The notes: generated by a model from the sequence alone, not told the origin. A stretch of 64,000 nt of DNA from Escherichia coli (GCF_022846255.1 NZ_AP025682.1); one strand, 5' to 3'. Positions 34,855 through 44,707 are shown, numbered from the stretch's first letter. Made by a program: numbers and translations.

Positions 34855-35772
34855 ATGCTTATCTTTATCCCTATTCTCATTTTTGTCGCGCTGGTCATTG
34901 TTGGCGCGGGCGTCAAAATCGTGCCGCAGGGCTATCAGTGGACAGTAGAGCGTTTTGGTCGCTATACCAAAACGTTACAGCCAGGTCTAAGCCTGGTGGT
35001 GCCCTTTATGGATCGCATTGGTCGCAAGATCAATATGATGGAGCAAGTGCTCGACATCCCTTCCCAGGAAGTTATCTCGAAAGATAACGCCAACGTTACC
35101 ATCGACGCCGTGTGCTTTATTCAGGTGATTGATGCCCCGCGCGCCGCCTATGAAGTCAGCAATCTGGAGCTGGCGATCATCAACCTGACCATGACTAACA
35201 TCCGTACCGTGTTGGGTTCAATGGAACTTGACGAAATGCTCTCTCAGCGCGACAGCATCAACTCACGCCTGCTGCGTATTGTCGATGAAGCCACTAACCC
35301 GTGGGGGATTAAAGTCACCCGTATTGAAATTCGCGACGTGCGCCCACCGGCAGAGCTTATCTCTTCAATGAACGCGCAGATGAAAGCGGAACGTACCAAA
35401 CGCGCTTACATCCTTGAAGCGGAAGGGATCCGTCAGGCGGAAATCCTCAAAGCCGAAGGTGAAAAACAGTCGCAAATCCTGAAAGCGGAAGGTGAACGTC
35501 AGTCGGCATTCTTACAGGCCGAAGCGCGTGAACGTTCTGCCGAAGCGGAAGCCCGCGCCACCAAAATGGTGTCTGAAGCCATTGCCTCCGGCGATATTCA
35601 GGCGGTGAACTACTTCGTAGCACAGAAATACACCGAAGCGTTACAGCAGATCGGTTCCTCCAGTAACAGCAAAGTAGTGATGATGCCATTAGAGGCCAGC
35701 AGCCTGATGGGGTCGATTGCCGGGATTGCCGAGCTGGTGAAAGACAGCGCCAACAAACGGACTCAGCCATGA
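34855..35772 (+). CDS. qmcA: SPFH/stomatin-family protease QmcA
   Basis: 305 aa with N-terminal TM segment and band-7 domain. Confidence 0.93.
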   Translation: MLIFIPILIFVALVIVGAGVKIVPQGYQWTVERFGRYTKTLQPGLSLVVPFMDRIGRKINMMEQVLDIPSQEVISKDNANVTIDAVCFIQVIDAPRAAYEVSNLELAIINLTMTNIRTVLGSMELDEMLSQRDSINSRLLRIVDEATNPWGIKVTRIEIRDVRPPAELISSMNAQMKAERTKRAYILEAEGIRQAEILKAEGEKQSQILKAEGERQSAFLQAEARERSAEAEARATKMVSEAIASGDIQAVNYFVAQKYTEALQQIGSSSNSKVVMMPLEASSLMGSIAGIAELVKDSANKRTQP

Positions 35773-36227
35773 TGGAGTTAATGGTCGTTCATCCACATAT
35801 TTTCTGGCTCAGTCTCGGCGGGTTGCTGCTGGCAGCCGAGATGCTGGGCGGAAATGGTTATTTGTTGTGGAGCGGCGTGGCAGCGGTGATTACCGGTCTG
35901 GTGGTCTGGCTGGTGCCGCTGGGTTGGGAGTGGCAAGGGGTGATGTTTGCCATTCTGACACTGCTCGCCGCCTGGTTGTGGTGGAAATGGCTGTCGCGGC
36001 GGGTGCGCGAACAAAAGCACAGCGATAGTCATTTAAACCAGCGCGGGCAGCAGCTGATTGGCCGACGTTTTGTGCTGGAATCTCCGCTGGTCAACGGGCG
36101 CGGTCATATGCGCGTCGGTGACAGTTCATGGCCTGTCAGCGCCAGCGAGGATCTCGGTGCAGGTACGCATGTTGAAGTCATTGCGATAGAAGGGATAACG
36201 CTGATCATCCGTGCGGTCATCGCCTGA
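35769..36227 (+). CDS. ybbJ: NfeD-like membrane protein YbbJ
   Basis: 152 aa; start overlaps the qmcA stop (coupled SPFH/NfeD pair). Confidence 0.9.
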   Translation: MMELMVVHPHIFWLSLGGLLLAAEMLGGNGYLLWSGVAAVITGLVVWLVPLGWEWQGVMFAILTLLAAWLWWKWLSRRVREQKHSDSHLNQRGQQLIGRRFVLESPLVNGRGHMRVGDSSWPVSASEDLGAGTHVEVIAIEGITLIIRAVIA

Positions 36228-36312
36228 TGCGACGCTGACGCGTCTTATCATGCCTACAAAATATGCCCGAATCGTAGGCCAGATAAGGCGCTTGCGCCGC
36301 ATCCGGCATATA
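36222..36312. repeat. REP element pair
   Basis: gcctgatgcgacgctgacgcgtcttatcatgcctac ... gtaggccagataaggcgcttgcgccgcatccggc. Confidence 0.75.
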
Positions 36313-36329
36313 GCCGAGTAGAGGCAAAA

Positions 36330-36692
36330 TTACTCTTCCCGGCCTTTACCCATACTTTTTTGGTCTTCATCCGGATAGTGTTTTTTTAGATATTCCAGGA
36401 CGTTTTTATTGACCTTGTGTTGGGTATACACCCACCCTTTCCAGTAATCAGGTTGGTCCAGGTAAACTTCTGGCGGAATGGTGAAATCAGAAAGCGTTAA
36501 CCATTCGGCTAACAGATCGGGGTTTCGTTTCTGGATCAACTGCAACAGCATGATCAGCGACATGGCAGAGGCAGGAGCCGTACTATCGCCGCTTAAATAC
36601 TTCCACACTGTCGACCGGTTCGAACGAAAAAGGATCGGTAGCAATGCCCGGTCCAGATTCATTTCATTAAAAATCTTCTCAAATTCATTCAT
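36330..36692 (-). CDS. Hypothetical 120-aa protein, possible Cro/C1-like HTH; not recognised as a K-12 gene
   Basis: Clean ORF with caggaaa RBS 7 nt upstream of the ATG; the segment RSTVWKYLSGDSTAPASAMSLIMLLQL resembles an XRE-type recognition helix; divergent from the adhesin gene. Confidence 0.55.
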   Translation of the reverse strand: MNEFEKIFNEMNLDRALLPILFRSNRSTVWKYLSGDSTAPASAMSLIMLLQLIQKRNPDLLAEWLTLSDFTIPPEVYLDQPDYWKGWVYTQHKVNKNVLEYLKKHYPDEDQKSMGKGREE

Positions 36693-37057
36693 TTAAATTT
36701 CCTGCCTGGCGTAAACCTCTTAAAAATTGAGATTTATCAAAGAAACGCATTTTAGCACACATCAGGAACCGCTTCACGTTTAGTCCAGAAACAGAATTTA
36801 TTTCGCTTATCAAAACAAGTCTTTACTCTTTTTTACATTGAAAGAGCACGAAATAATTTCCTTTTTTATTTATATAAGAAACTATTTTTGTTTCTTATTG
36901 GTGGTGTTTACGCTTACACAATACAAAAATGCGCTTTACATCACACAAATGGCGGCGTAGATTTCGATCAAATTGCAACGCAGTTTATTTCTTAAAACAA
37001 TATTATTTGTTTCTTATAGAAACATTAATGCGACTTATTTTGAACAAGAGAAAATGA

Positions 37058-38074
37058 ATGAAAACTGTAAACGTAGCTTTACTGGCACTCATAATTTCAG
37101 CAACATCCAGCCCTGTTGTTTTAGCTGGTGATACCATTGAAGCGGCGGCAACAGAGCTTTCAGCCATTAACTCCGGCATGTCGCAATCGGAGATTGAGCA
37201 GAAGATTACCCGCTTTTTAGAACGCACAGACAACAGCCCCGCTGCGTATACCTATTTGACTGAACATCACTACATCCCTTCTGAAACACCTGATACCACT
37301 CAGACTCCCACTGTCCAGACAGATCCTGACGCAGGACAAAAAACCGTTGCCGCTACAGGTGATGTACAGACAACCGCCCGTTATCAGAGCATGATCAACG
37401 CCCGACAGTCTGCGGTAACTGACGCCCAGCAAACGCAAATTACAGAGCAACAGGCGCAGATCGTAGCCACACAAAAAACGCTCGCCGCGACTGGAGATAC
37501 GCAAAATACCGCGCATTATCAGGAGATGATTAATGCCAGGCTGGCGGCTCAAAATGAGGCTAATCAGCGCACTACCACGGAACAAGGGCAGAAAATGAAT
37601 GCACTGACAACCGATGTGGCAGCACAACAGCAAAAAGAAAGGGCTCAATACGATAAACAAATGCAAAGTCTGGCGCAGAAGTCTGTCCAGGCACATGAAC
37701 AAATTGACAGCCTGTCACAAGACGTAACCCAAACGCATCAGCAGTTAAGCAACACGCAAAAACGAGTAGCGGATAATAGCCAACAGATTACTACGCTCAA
37801 TAACCATTTCAGTTCGCTGAAAAACGAAGTTGAGGACAACCGTAAAGAAGCCAATGCGGGAACTGCATCAGCCATCGCTATCGCCTCACAACCACAGGTG
37901 AAAACCGGTGACGTGATGATGGTGTCAGCGGGAGCGGGAACGTTCAACGGTGAATCTGCGGTGTCTGTAGGAACATCTTTTAATGCCGGAACGCATACGG
38001 TACTTAAAGCAGGTATTTCTGCGGATACACAATCTGATTTCGGTGCGGGTGTCGGCGTGGGATATTCGTTCTAA
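37058..38074 (+). CDS. Short head-less trimeric autotransporter adhesin (type Vc, YadA-like C-terminal anchor)
   Basis: Signal peptide MKTVNVALLALIISATSSPVVLA|GD; Q/T-rich coiled-coil stalk with a 45-aa tandem repeat; C-terminus ...SAVSVGTSFNAGTHTVLKAGISADTQSDFGAGVGVGYSF fits the 4-strand YadA anchor ending in an aromatic residue. Confidence 0.75.
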   Translation: MKTVNVALLALIISATSSPVVLAGDTIEAAATELSAINSGMSQSEIEQKITRFLERTDNSPAAYTYLTEHHYIPSETPDTTQTPTVQTDPDAGQKTVAATGDVQTTARYQSMINARQSAVTDAQQTQITEQQAQIVATQKTLAATGDTQNTAHYQEMINARLAAQNEANQRTTTEQGQKMNALTTDVAAQQQKERAQYDKQMQSLAQKSVQAHEQIDSLSQDVTQTHQQLSNTQKRVADNSQQITTLNNHFSSLKNEVEDNRKEANAGTASAIAIASQPQVKTGDVMMVSAGAGTFNGESAVSVGTSFNAGTHTVLKAGISADTQSDFGAGVGVGYSF

Positions 38075-38127
38075 TTTTAACAGCAATTTCTTATTCGCAA
38101 TTTTCCGCACATTATTTAAGGTTAACA

Positions 38128-38550
38128 ATGATGAATAGCTCCATTAAATCGTTTTCCCTGCTGGCGGTTATATTACTGGCTGGCTGTAGCTCACCCGCTT
38201 CCCGCATCGCAGATTGCCAGGCGCAGGGCGTCAGTCATGACACCTGTTACCTCGCAGAACAGCAGCGTCAGTCGGCTATTTTAAGTGCATCCGAAGCGCA
38301 GGCATTTAAAAATGCAGATGCCGCACAACATGCCCAGGCGGCAAAGAAAGCCATTTATAAAGGATTTGGCATGACCTTTAGAATGAGCAGTAAAAACTTT
38401 GCTTATCTCAATGATTCATTATGTGCAATTGATGAAGACAATAAAGATGCCACTGTTTATCAGTCAGGTCTGTATAACGTCATTGTTTATCACCATACGG
38501 GAAAAGTCGCCTTAATGAAGGAAGGTCAGTTTGTGGGTTATTTAAAATGA
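38128..38550 (+). CDS. Hypothetical lipoprotein (lipobox LLAGC, +2 Ser)
   Basis: MMNSSIKSFSLLAVILLAG|C signal/lipobox; aagg RBS; lies 53 nt downstream of the adhesin gene on the same strand. Confidence 0.65.
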   Translation: MMNSSIKSFSLLAVILLAGCSSPASRIADCQAQGVSHDTCYLAEQQRQSAILSASEAQAFKNADAAQHAQAAKKAIYKGFGMTFRMSSKNFAYLNDSLCAIDEDNKDATVYQSGLYNVIVYHHTGKVALMKEGQFVGYLK

Positions 38551-38750
38551 AGGAGCAAAGGAAAATCCCCCTGACGCATATTATGATTATCGGTGCGTTT
38601 ATTTTTGCCTTCTTGCAAGTGGTGTTATTAGCCTCCCTGGTTCACGCTGTGAATGTTAACAACGAAATCCAGGAAGGCTTATTTCAGTCGGGGCGCATTA
38701 TGGTAGAAAGTTTGCAGCATATTCTTTCGGTGCAAACGGAGATTAACTGA
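38547..38750 (+). CDS. Hypothetical 67-aa single-pass membrane protein
   Basis: Start overlaps the lipoprotein stop (ATGA); one hydrophobic helix IMIIGAFIFAFLQVVLLASLV; stop lies 3 nt from the cueR stop. Confidence 0.5.
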   Translation: MKEQRKIPLTHIMIIGAFIFAFLQVVLLASLVHAVNVNNEIQEGLFQSGRIMVESLQHILSVQTEIN

Positions 38751-38753
38751 TTT

Positions 38754-39161
38754 TCACCCCGCCCGATGATGACAGCAGCCGGAGAGATTTTCGATAATCG
38801 GGCAGTCGGCGCTGTCATCGCCAGGGCAGGCATTCGCCAGCGCCAGTAGCTGGTTGCGCATGGATTGCAGTTCTTCGATATGCCGTTCGATCTCCGCCAC
38901 CTTCTCCAGCGTACGACGTTTGACGTCGGCACTATGACGCTGCGGATCGTTAAACAGATTCACCAGTTCGCCGCTCTCCTCCAGGTTAAAGCCCACCTGG
39001 CGTGCCTGGCGCAGTAAGGTCAGTTCGTTGAGATGCTGCTGCGTGTAGGTGCGATAACCGTTTTCGCTGCGCATCGGCGGCGTCACCAGCCCCTTCTCTT
39101 CATAGAAGCGAATGGCTTTGCTGGTCAGGCCGGTAATTTTTGCTACATCGCTAATGTTCAT
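38754..39161 (-). CDS. cueR: MerR-family Cu(I)-responsive regulator CueR
   Basis: 135 aa with N-terminal MerR HTH and C-terminal metal-binding Cys residues. Confidence 0.95.
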   Translation of the reverse strand: MNISDVAKITGLTSKAIRFYEEKGLVTPPMRSENGYRTYTQQHLNELTLLRQARQVGFNLEESGELVNLFNDPQRHSADVKRRTLEKVAEIERHIEELQSMRNQLLALANACPGDDSADCPIIENLSGCCHHRAG

Positions 39162-39285
39162 CGTTCGCGCAACGCCTCCTGTGCTTTGTTAAAGGGTTTC
39201 AACAAATATTCAAGCACGTTTTTTTGCCAGTGCGAATATCGACCGCCACCACAATAATACAGGAAGTACTGCGCACAGAGAGATG

Positions 39286-40578
39286 TTATACGGTTTTATT
39301 GCGCTTCATGACCATTGCCACAATAAGGCTGAGTAAGATTGCACCAATAATCCATATCAACGCACGGCTGCCCTGGGACCACAGGCTGTAGATAAAGCCA
39401 ACGATCACCAACAACATCACCAACGTACCAACGATAAGAATCGGCAACGAGGCGTGAATATCATGACGTAGGCGGATCGCCACCACAAACACCGCCAGAT
39501 AGCAGATCAAAAAGGTGGCGCTGGCAACGCTGGCGAGTGAGCCTAAATTCAGCGCCGCCGTCATCAGCATAATCAGCACCACGACAATGATGTTGCCCCA
39601 GGTACTCTGCCGCCACAGGGATTTATTCATTAGCTTCGGCAGTTCGCGTTCGCTGCCCATGTTGTCCATGATGTTAAACACGGCGAACAGGTTCGCGTTA
39701 ATGGCTGAAGCCGTCGCCAGTAAAGCGCCGATGACGACGATCACATAACCCACATGCCCGAGCAGCGGAGAAGCAGCCTGCGCTACGGCGGTATCGGCAT
39801 ATTTTTCTAACTCTAATGCCGATACATCGCTAAGCAAAACCAGCGCCAGCGAGATATAAAGCAACGTGGTAACGCCAATCGCCACCAGAAACGCCCGTGG
39901 CATTATGACCTCCGGATCTTTCACTTTATCCGCCGCGTTCGCCATCATGCCAAAGCCCGCATAGGCAAGGAAGGTTATCCCGATACAGGAGAAGAACGCC
40001 CCGGAGCTGGGGGGCGCAGAAACGGAAATATGCGCCGGTTGCAGCGACCAGACACCGGCAATAATCAGCAATAACAGGATCATCATTTTAATTCCGACGA
40101 GGATCACTTCCAGCCGCCCTACCGCATGGTTGCTTAAGGAGTTGAAAAGCGTCATCACCGCAATGATCCCCAACGCGTAGAGCAAAATAAGGTGCTCCTC
40201 CTGGCTGCCTTCATGCAAAAACTGCACGGCATAAGCGCCAAAAGCACGGGCGACCATGGCGATACTCACCGCCAGCGTCAACAGGTACAATAACGAGAGC
40301 GCCAGCGAAAAAACGCCGTTGCCTAATCCGCGACGAAAGAAGTCGATAATACCGCCATTGCTGGGATAGCTCGCCCCCAGACGCGCATAGGCATAACCGG
40401 AAAACATCGCCACAATACCGCCAAAAGCAAAGGCGACCCAGGTCGAGGCTTCCATTAGCAACGCAGCCTGCCCCAGCAGCGCGAAGATCCCCGCCCCCAC
40501 CATTGCCCCAATGCCGATGGAAACGACGTTCCATAGACCGAGGGGTTTGTTACCGTTATTACCTTCCGTGTTCATCAT
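39286..40578 (-). CDS. ybaT: APC-family amino-acid permease YbaT
   Basis: 430 aa 12-TM transporter downstream of glsA. Confidence 0.9.
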   Translation of the reverse strand: MMNTEGNNGNKPLGLWNVVSIGIGAMVGAGIFALLGQAALLMEASTWVAFAFGGIVAMFSGYAYARLGASYPSNGGIIDFFRRGLGNGVFSLALSLLYLLTLAVSIAMVARAFGAYAVQFLHEGSQEEHLILLYALGIIAVMTLFNSLSNHAVGRLEVILVGIKMMILLLLIIAGVWSLQPAHISVSAPPSSGAFFSCIGITFLAYAGFGMMANAADKVKDPEVIMPRAFLVAIGVTTLLYISLALVLLSDVSALELEKYADTAVAQAASPLLGHVGYVIVVIGALLATASAINANLFAVFNIMDNMGSERELPKLMNKSLWRQSTWGNIIVVVLIMLMTAALNLGSLASVASATFLICYLAVFVVAIRLRHDIHASLPILIVGTLVMLLVIVGFIYSLWSQGSRALIWIIGAILLSLIVAMVMKRNKTV

Positions 40579-40580
40579 GA

Positions 40581-41513
40581 TCAGCCCTTAAACACGTTAT
40601 AGCCGAGTTGCTTAGCGACCGATGCCACCATTTTTTGACCGCGAACACTGTTGCCTTCTTCGTCCAGCGGTGGTGAAAACGCGGCAATTCCCATCACGCC
40701 AGGAACGACCGCCAGAATACCGCCACCTACACCGCTTTTGCCCGGTAAACCAACGCGATACGCCCAGTCACCGGAGCGACCATACAGCCCTTCCATCATC
40801 ATTTCGGCCAGAATGTACGGCACATTGTCGGCCTGAAGAACGCGTTTATGCGTCAGCGGATTCACACCACCCGCCGCCAGCGTCGCGCCAAGCGTTGCCA
40901 GTTCAATAGTATTGATGAGCGTGGAGCACTGACGGGTGTACACGTCACAGGCTTCCATTGCATCACAATAGAGATATCCGGCGGAGTACAGCAGCCAGGC
41001 AATGGCCCGGTTATGGAAGTTGGTTGTTTGTTCCGACTGGTTGACTTCATCAGAGAGCGCTACCTGCTCACCAGCCAGTTGTTGTTGGATATGTAAAATT
41101 CGCTGCCAGCGTTGTTCAGTATTTTCAGCGTTAATCAGGCTGGTGGTGGCAATAGCGCCAGCATTTACCAGTGGCGAAAGCGGTTTGCCGCCATGCAACT
41201 CTAAGGCGATAACTGAGTTAAAGGGCAATCCGGTCGGGTCAGCGCCAACTTTGTCCTGTACCGTCTGCGGGCCGACATCTTCTAACGCAAGGGCTAACGT
41301 ACAGACTTTCGAGATGGATTCCAGCGCAAAGCGGTAATCACTGTCACCCGCACTATAGACGTTGCCATCGCTGGTCACGATAGCCACTGCCGCCAGTTGA
41401 CCAGGGACATTCGCCAGAAAGGGAATGTAATCGGCATTTTGTCCGCCGTTAAGTGAGTGAAATTGGGTGTAAGCCTGATCCACTGCCTGCTGTAATTTGT
41501 TTGCATCTAACAT
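40581..41513 (-). CDS. glsA: Glutaminase 1
   Basis: 310 aa serine-dependent glutaminase family. Confidence 0.92.
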   Translation of the reverse strand: MLDANKLQQAVDQAYTQFHSLNGGQNADYIPFLANVPGQLAAVAIVTSDGNVYSAGDSDYRFALESISKVCTLALALEDVGPQTVQDKVGADPTGLPFNSVIALELHGGKPLSPLVNAGAIATTSLINAENTEQRWQRILHIQQQLAGEQVALSDEVNQSEQTTNFHNRAIAWLLYSAGYLYCDAMEACDVYTRQCSTLINTIELATLGATLAAGGVNPLTHKRVLQADNVPYILAEMMMEGLYGRSGDWAYRVGLPGKSGVGGGILAVVPGVMGIAAFSPPLDEEGNSVRGQKMVASVAKQLGYNVFKG

Positions 41514-41704
41514 CTTTTGTTAACTCCTTTTTATAGATGCGGGAGGTAATTCCTCACCCCGGTGCCGATTTTCATGCATCCTGATTTAACTTAGCACCCG
41601 CAACTTAACTACAGGAAAACAAAGAGATAAATGTCTAATCCTGATGCAAATCGAGCCGATTTTTTAATCTTTACGGACTTTTACCCGCCTGGTTTATTAA
41701 TTTC

Positions 41705-41735
41705 TTGACCTTCCCCTTGCTGGAAGGTTTAACTT
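41705..41735 (+). promoter_or_regulatory. copA promoter with CueR operator
   Basis: -35 ttgacc followed by the dyad ccttcc-ccttgct-ggaagg in an extended spacer typical of MerR-type promoters. Confidence 0.75.
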
Positions 41736-41774
41736 TTATCACAGCCAGTCAAAACTGTCTTAAAGGAGTGTTTT

Positions 41775-44279
41775 ATGTCACAAACTATCGACCTGACCCT
41801 GGACGGCCTATCCTGCGGTCACTGCGTTAAACGCGTGAAAGAAAGTCTCGAACAGCGCCCGGATGTTGAACAGGCGGATGTGTCTATCACTGAAGCGCAC
41901 GTTACCGGGACTGCCAGTGCAGAACAGCTGATCGAAACCATCAAACAAGCGGGTTATGACGCATCTGTAAGCCACCCAAAGGCTAAACCGCTGGCGGAGT
42001 CATCAATCCCGTCGGAAGCACTGACAGCGGTTTCTGAGGCGCTTCCGGCAGCGACCGCCGATGACGATGACAGCCAGCAGTTGCTGCTGAGCGGCATGAG
42101 CTGCGCCAGCTGTGTCACCCGCGTACAAAATGCGTTGCAAAGCGTACCGGGCGTCACTCAGGCACGGGTAAACCTGGCGGAGCGTACTGCGCTGGTGATG
42201 GGCAGTGCCTCCCCACAAGATTTAGTGCAGGCGGTGGAAAAAGCGGGCTACGGCGCGGAAGCGATTGAAGATGACGCTAAACGCCGCGAGCGCCAGCAAG
42301 AAACCGCCGTCGCTACGATGAAGCGCTTCCGCTGGCAGGCAATTGTCGCGCTGGCGGTGGGTATCCCGGTGATGGTCTGGGGGATGATCGGCGATAACAT
42401 GATGGTCACCGCTGACAACCGCAGCCTGTGGTTAGTTATCGGCCTGATAACCCTGGCGGTAATGGTTTTCGCCGGCGGGCATTTTTACCGCAGCGCATGG
42501 AAAAGCCTGCTGAACGGTGCGGCGACGATGGATACGCTGGTGGCGCTGGGAACGGGTGTTGCGTGGCTCTATTCGATGAGCGTCAACCTGTGGCCGCAGT
42601 GGTTCCCGATGGAAGCACGGCATCTTTACTATGAAGCCAGTGCGATGATTATCGGTCTGATTAATCTCGGTCATATGCTGGAAGCGCGCGCACGTCAGCG
42701 TTCTTCAAAGGCGCTGGAGAAATTACTCGATTTAACTCCGCCGACGGCGCGCCTGGTTACTGACGAAGGTGAAAAAAGCGTGCCGCTGGCGGAAGTGCAG
42801 CCAGGTATGTTGCTGCGCCTGACGACCGGCGATCGCGTACCGGTAGATGGTGAGATCACCCAGGGCGAAGCGTGGCTGGATGAAGCGATGCTGACGGGCG
42901 AACCTATACCGCAGCAAAAAGGCGAAGGCGATAGCGTCCATGCCGGGACAGTGGTGCAGGACGGTAGCGTGTTGTTTCGCGCCAGTGCGGTTGGCAGCCA
43001 TACTACGCTGTCGCGGATTATTCGTATGGTGCGCCAGGCCCAGAGCAGTAAGCCAGAAATCGGTCAGCTGGCGGATAAAATCTCAGCCGTATTTGTGCCG
43101 GTAGTGGTGGTGATTGCGCTGATCAGTGCGGCAATCTGGTATTTCTTTGGTCCGGCACCGCAGATTGTCTATACCCTGGTGATTGCCACCACGGTGCTAA
43201 TTATTGCCTGTCCGTGTGCGCTGGGGCTGGCGACGCCGATGTCGATTATTTCGGGCGTCGGGCGGGCGGCTGAGTTTGGCGTGCTGGTACGGGACGCCGA
43301 CGCGCTGCAACGCGCCAGTACGCTCGATACCGTAGTGTTCGATAAAACCGGGACGCTGACCGAAGGGAAGCCGCAGGTTGTCGCAGTAAAAACATTTGCT
43401 GATATTGATGAAGCGCAAGCATTGCGTCTGGCGGCGGCGCTGGAGCAAGGTTCCAGCCACCCTCTGGCACGGGCGATCCTCGATAAAGCAGGTGATATGC
43501 AGCTACCGCAGGTCAACGGTTTCCGCACATTGCGCGGGCTGGGCGTGAGCGGTGAAGCTGAAGGTCATGCGTTATTGCTGGGCAATCAGGCGCTGTTAAA
43601 TGACCAACAGGTCGATACCAAAGCAATTGAAGCAGATATTTCAGCTCAGGCATCGCAAGGGGCAACGCCTGTGCTGCTGGCGGTTGACGGGAAAGCGGTA
43701 GCCCTGCTGGCTGTACGCGATCCGTTGCGTAGTGATAGCGTGGCGGCGCTGCAACGCCTGCATAAAGCGGGATATCGCCTGGTGATGCTAACCGGGGATA
43801 ACCCGACCACCGCCAATGCGATCGCTAAAGAAGCAGGGATTGATGAGGTGATAGCCGGCGTGCTGCCGGACGGTAAAGCCGAAGCGATCAAACGTCTGCA
43901 AAGTGAAGGACGTCAGGTAGCAATGGTGGGCGACGGCATTAACGATGCGCCAGCGCTGGCTCAGGCGGATGTCGGTATTGCGATGGGTGGCGGCAGTGAT
44001 GTTGCCATTGAAACCGCGGCGATTACCCTGATGCGCCATAGCCTGATGGGTGTTGCGGATGCGCTCGCAATTTCCCGCGCAACGCTGCGCAACATGAAGC
44101 AGAACCTGCTCGGTGCGTTTATCTACAACAGTATCGGTATTCCGGTCGCCGCCGGTATTTTGTGGCCGTTCACCGGTACGCTGCTTAACCCGGTGGTTGC
44201 CGGAGCGGCAATGGCGCTCTCGTCGATTACCGTAGTGAGTAACGCCAACCGATTGCTGCGGTTTAAACCGAAGGAATGA
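41775..44279 (+). CDS. copA: Cu(I)-exporting P1B-type ATPase
   Basis: 834 aa with two N-terminal GxxCxxC metal-binding domains, CPC, DKTGT and GDGINDAP motifs. Confidence 0.97.
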   Translation: MSQTIDLTLDGLSCGHCVKRVKESLEQRPDVEQADVSITEAHVTGTASAEQLIETIKQAGYDASVSHPKAKPLAESSIPSEALTAVSEALPAATADDDDSQQLLLSGMSCASCVTRVQNALQSVPGVTQARVNLAERTALVMGSASPQDLVQAVEKAGYGAEAIEDDAKRRERQQETAVATMKRFRWQAIVALAVGIPVMVWGMIGDNMMVTADNRSLWLVIGLITLAVMVFAGGHFYRSAWKSLLNGAATMDTLVALGTGVAWLYSMSVNLWPQWFPMEARHLYYEASAMIIGLINLGHMLEARARQRSSKALEKLLDLTPPTARLVTDEGEKSVPLAEVQPGMLLRLTTGDRVPVDGEITQGEAWLDEAMLTGEPIPQQKGEGDSVHAGTVVQDGSVLFRASAVGSHTTLSRIIRMVRQAQSSKPEIGQLADKISAVFVPVVVVIALISAAIWYFFGPAPQIVYTLVIATTVLIIACPCALGLATPMSIISGVGRAAEFGVLVRDADALQRASTLDTVVFDKTGTLTEGKPQVVAVKTFADIDEAQALRLAAALEQGSSHPLARAILDKAGDMQLPQVNGFRTLRGLGVSGEAEGHALLLGNQALLNDQQVDTKAIEADISAQASQGATPVLLAVDGKAVALLAVRDPLRSDSVAALQRLHKAGYRLVMLTGDNPTTANAIAKEAGIDEVIAGVLPDGKAEAIKRLQSEGRQVAMVGDGINDAPALAQADVGIAMGGGSDVAIETAAITLMRHSLMGVADALAISRATLRNMKQNLLGAFIYNSIGIPVAAGILWPFTGTLLNPVVAGAAMALSSITVVSNANRLLRFKPKE

Positions 44280-44707
44280 TTGGTATTTACTTAATGCGTT
44301 TGTGAGATCCAGTTCTTGTTGCGCTCCTTTTATGAGTAATGCCATATAAAGTGACTGGCGCAAGGAGCGCGCAGGGGGCGGCCAATCGCCGCCGCCCCCT
44401 GCACCCCCGGGCTCTGGCGAACAAAATCGCCGCTGCGCGGTACCCTCGGCTTATCCCTTGCGGCTACCGGGTCGGGCGCGAGGTAACATCCCTGTAAAAC
44501 GCGCCCTCAGCCCACATCCATGTGGGCTGCCCCGGCCTTCAGGGAACGCCTCGGCGATTTTGACGCCACCAACACCCGTGCAGTCTTTCGTTTCAAAGCA
44601 AAAACAATTTTTCGATCATATTTAAGCTACCACTGAACAAGCCTCATAACTCCATTTGCGCCATCCCTCCCCGCGCGCTAGCATGATATTTCACAAAGGG
44701 AGGTCGT

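Noticed and set aside
38550-38555. Strong Shine-Dalgarno-like aaggag inside the 67-aa ORF
   Set aside because: The next in-frame ATG is ~27 nt downstream, too far for initiation; it is incidental sequence at codons 2-3 (K-E) of the coupled ORF.
44351-44497. GTG-initiated 48-codon reading frame inside the GC-rich copA-ybaP element
   Set aside because: No RBS, and the Arg/Ala/Pro-rich composition is the expected by-product of GC-rich palindromic DNA; treated as non-coding.
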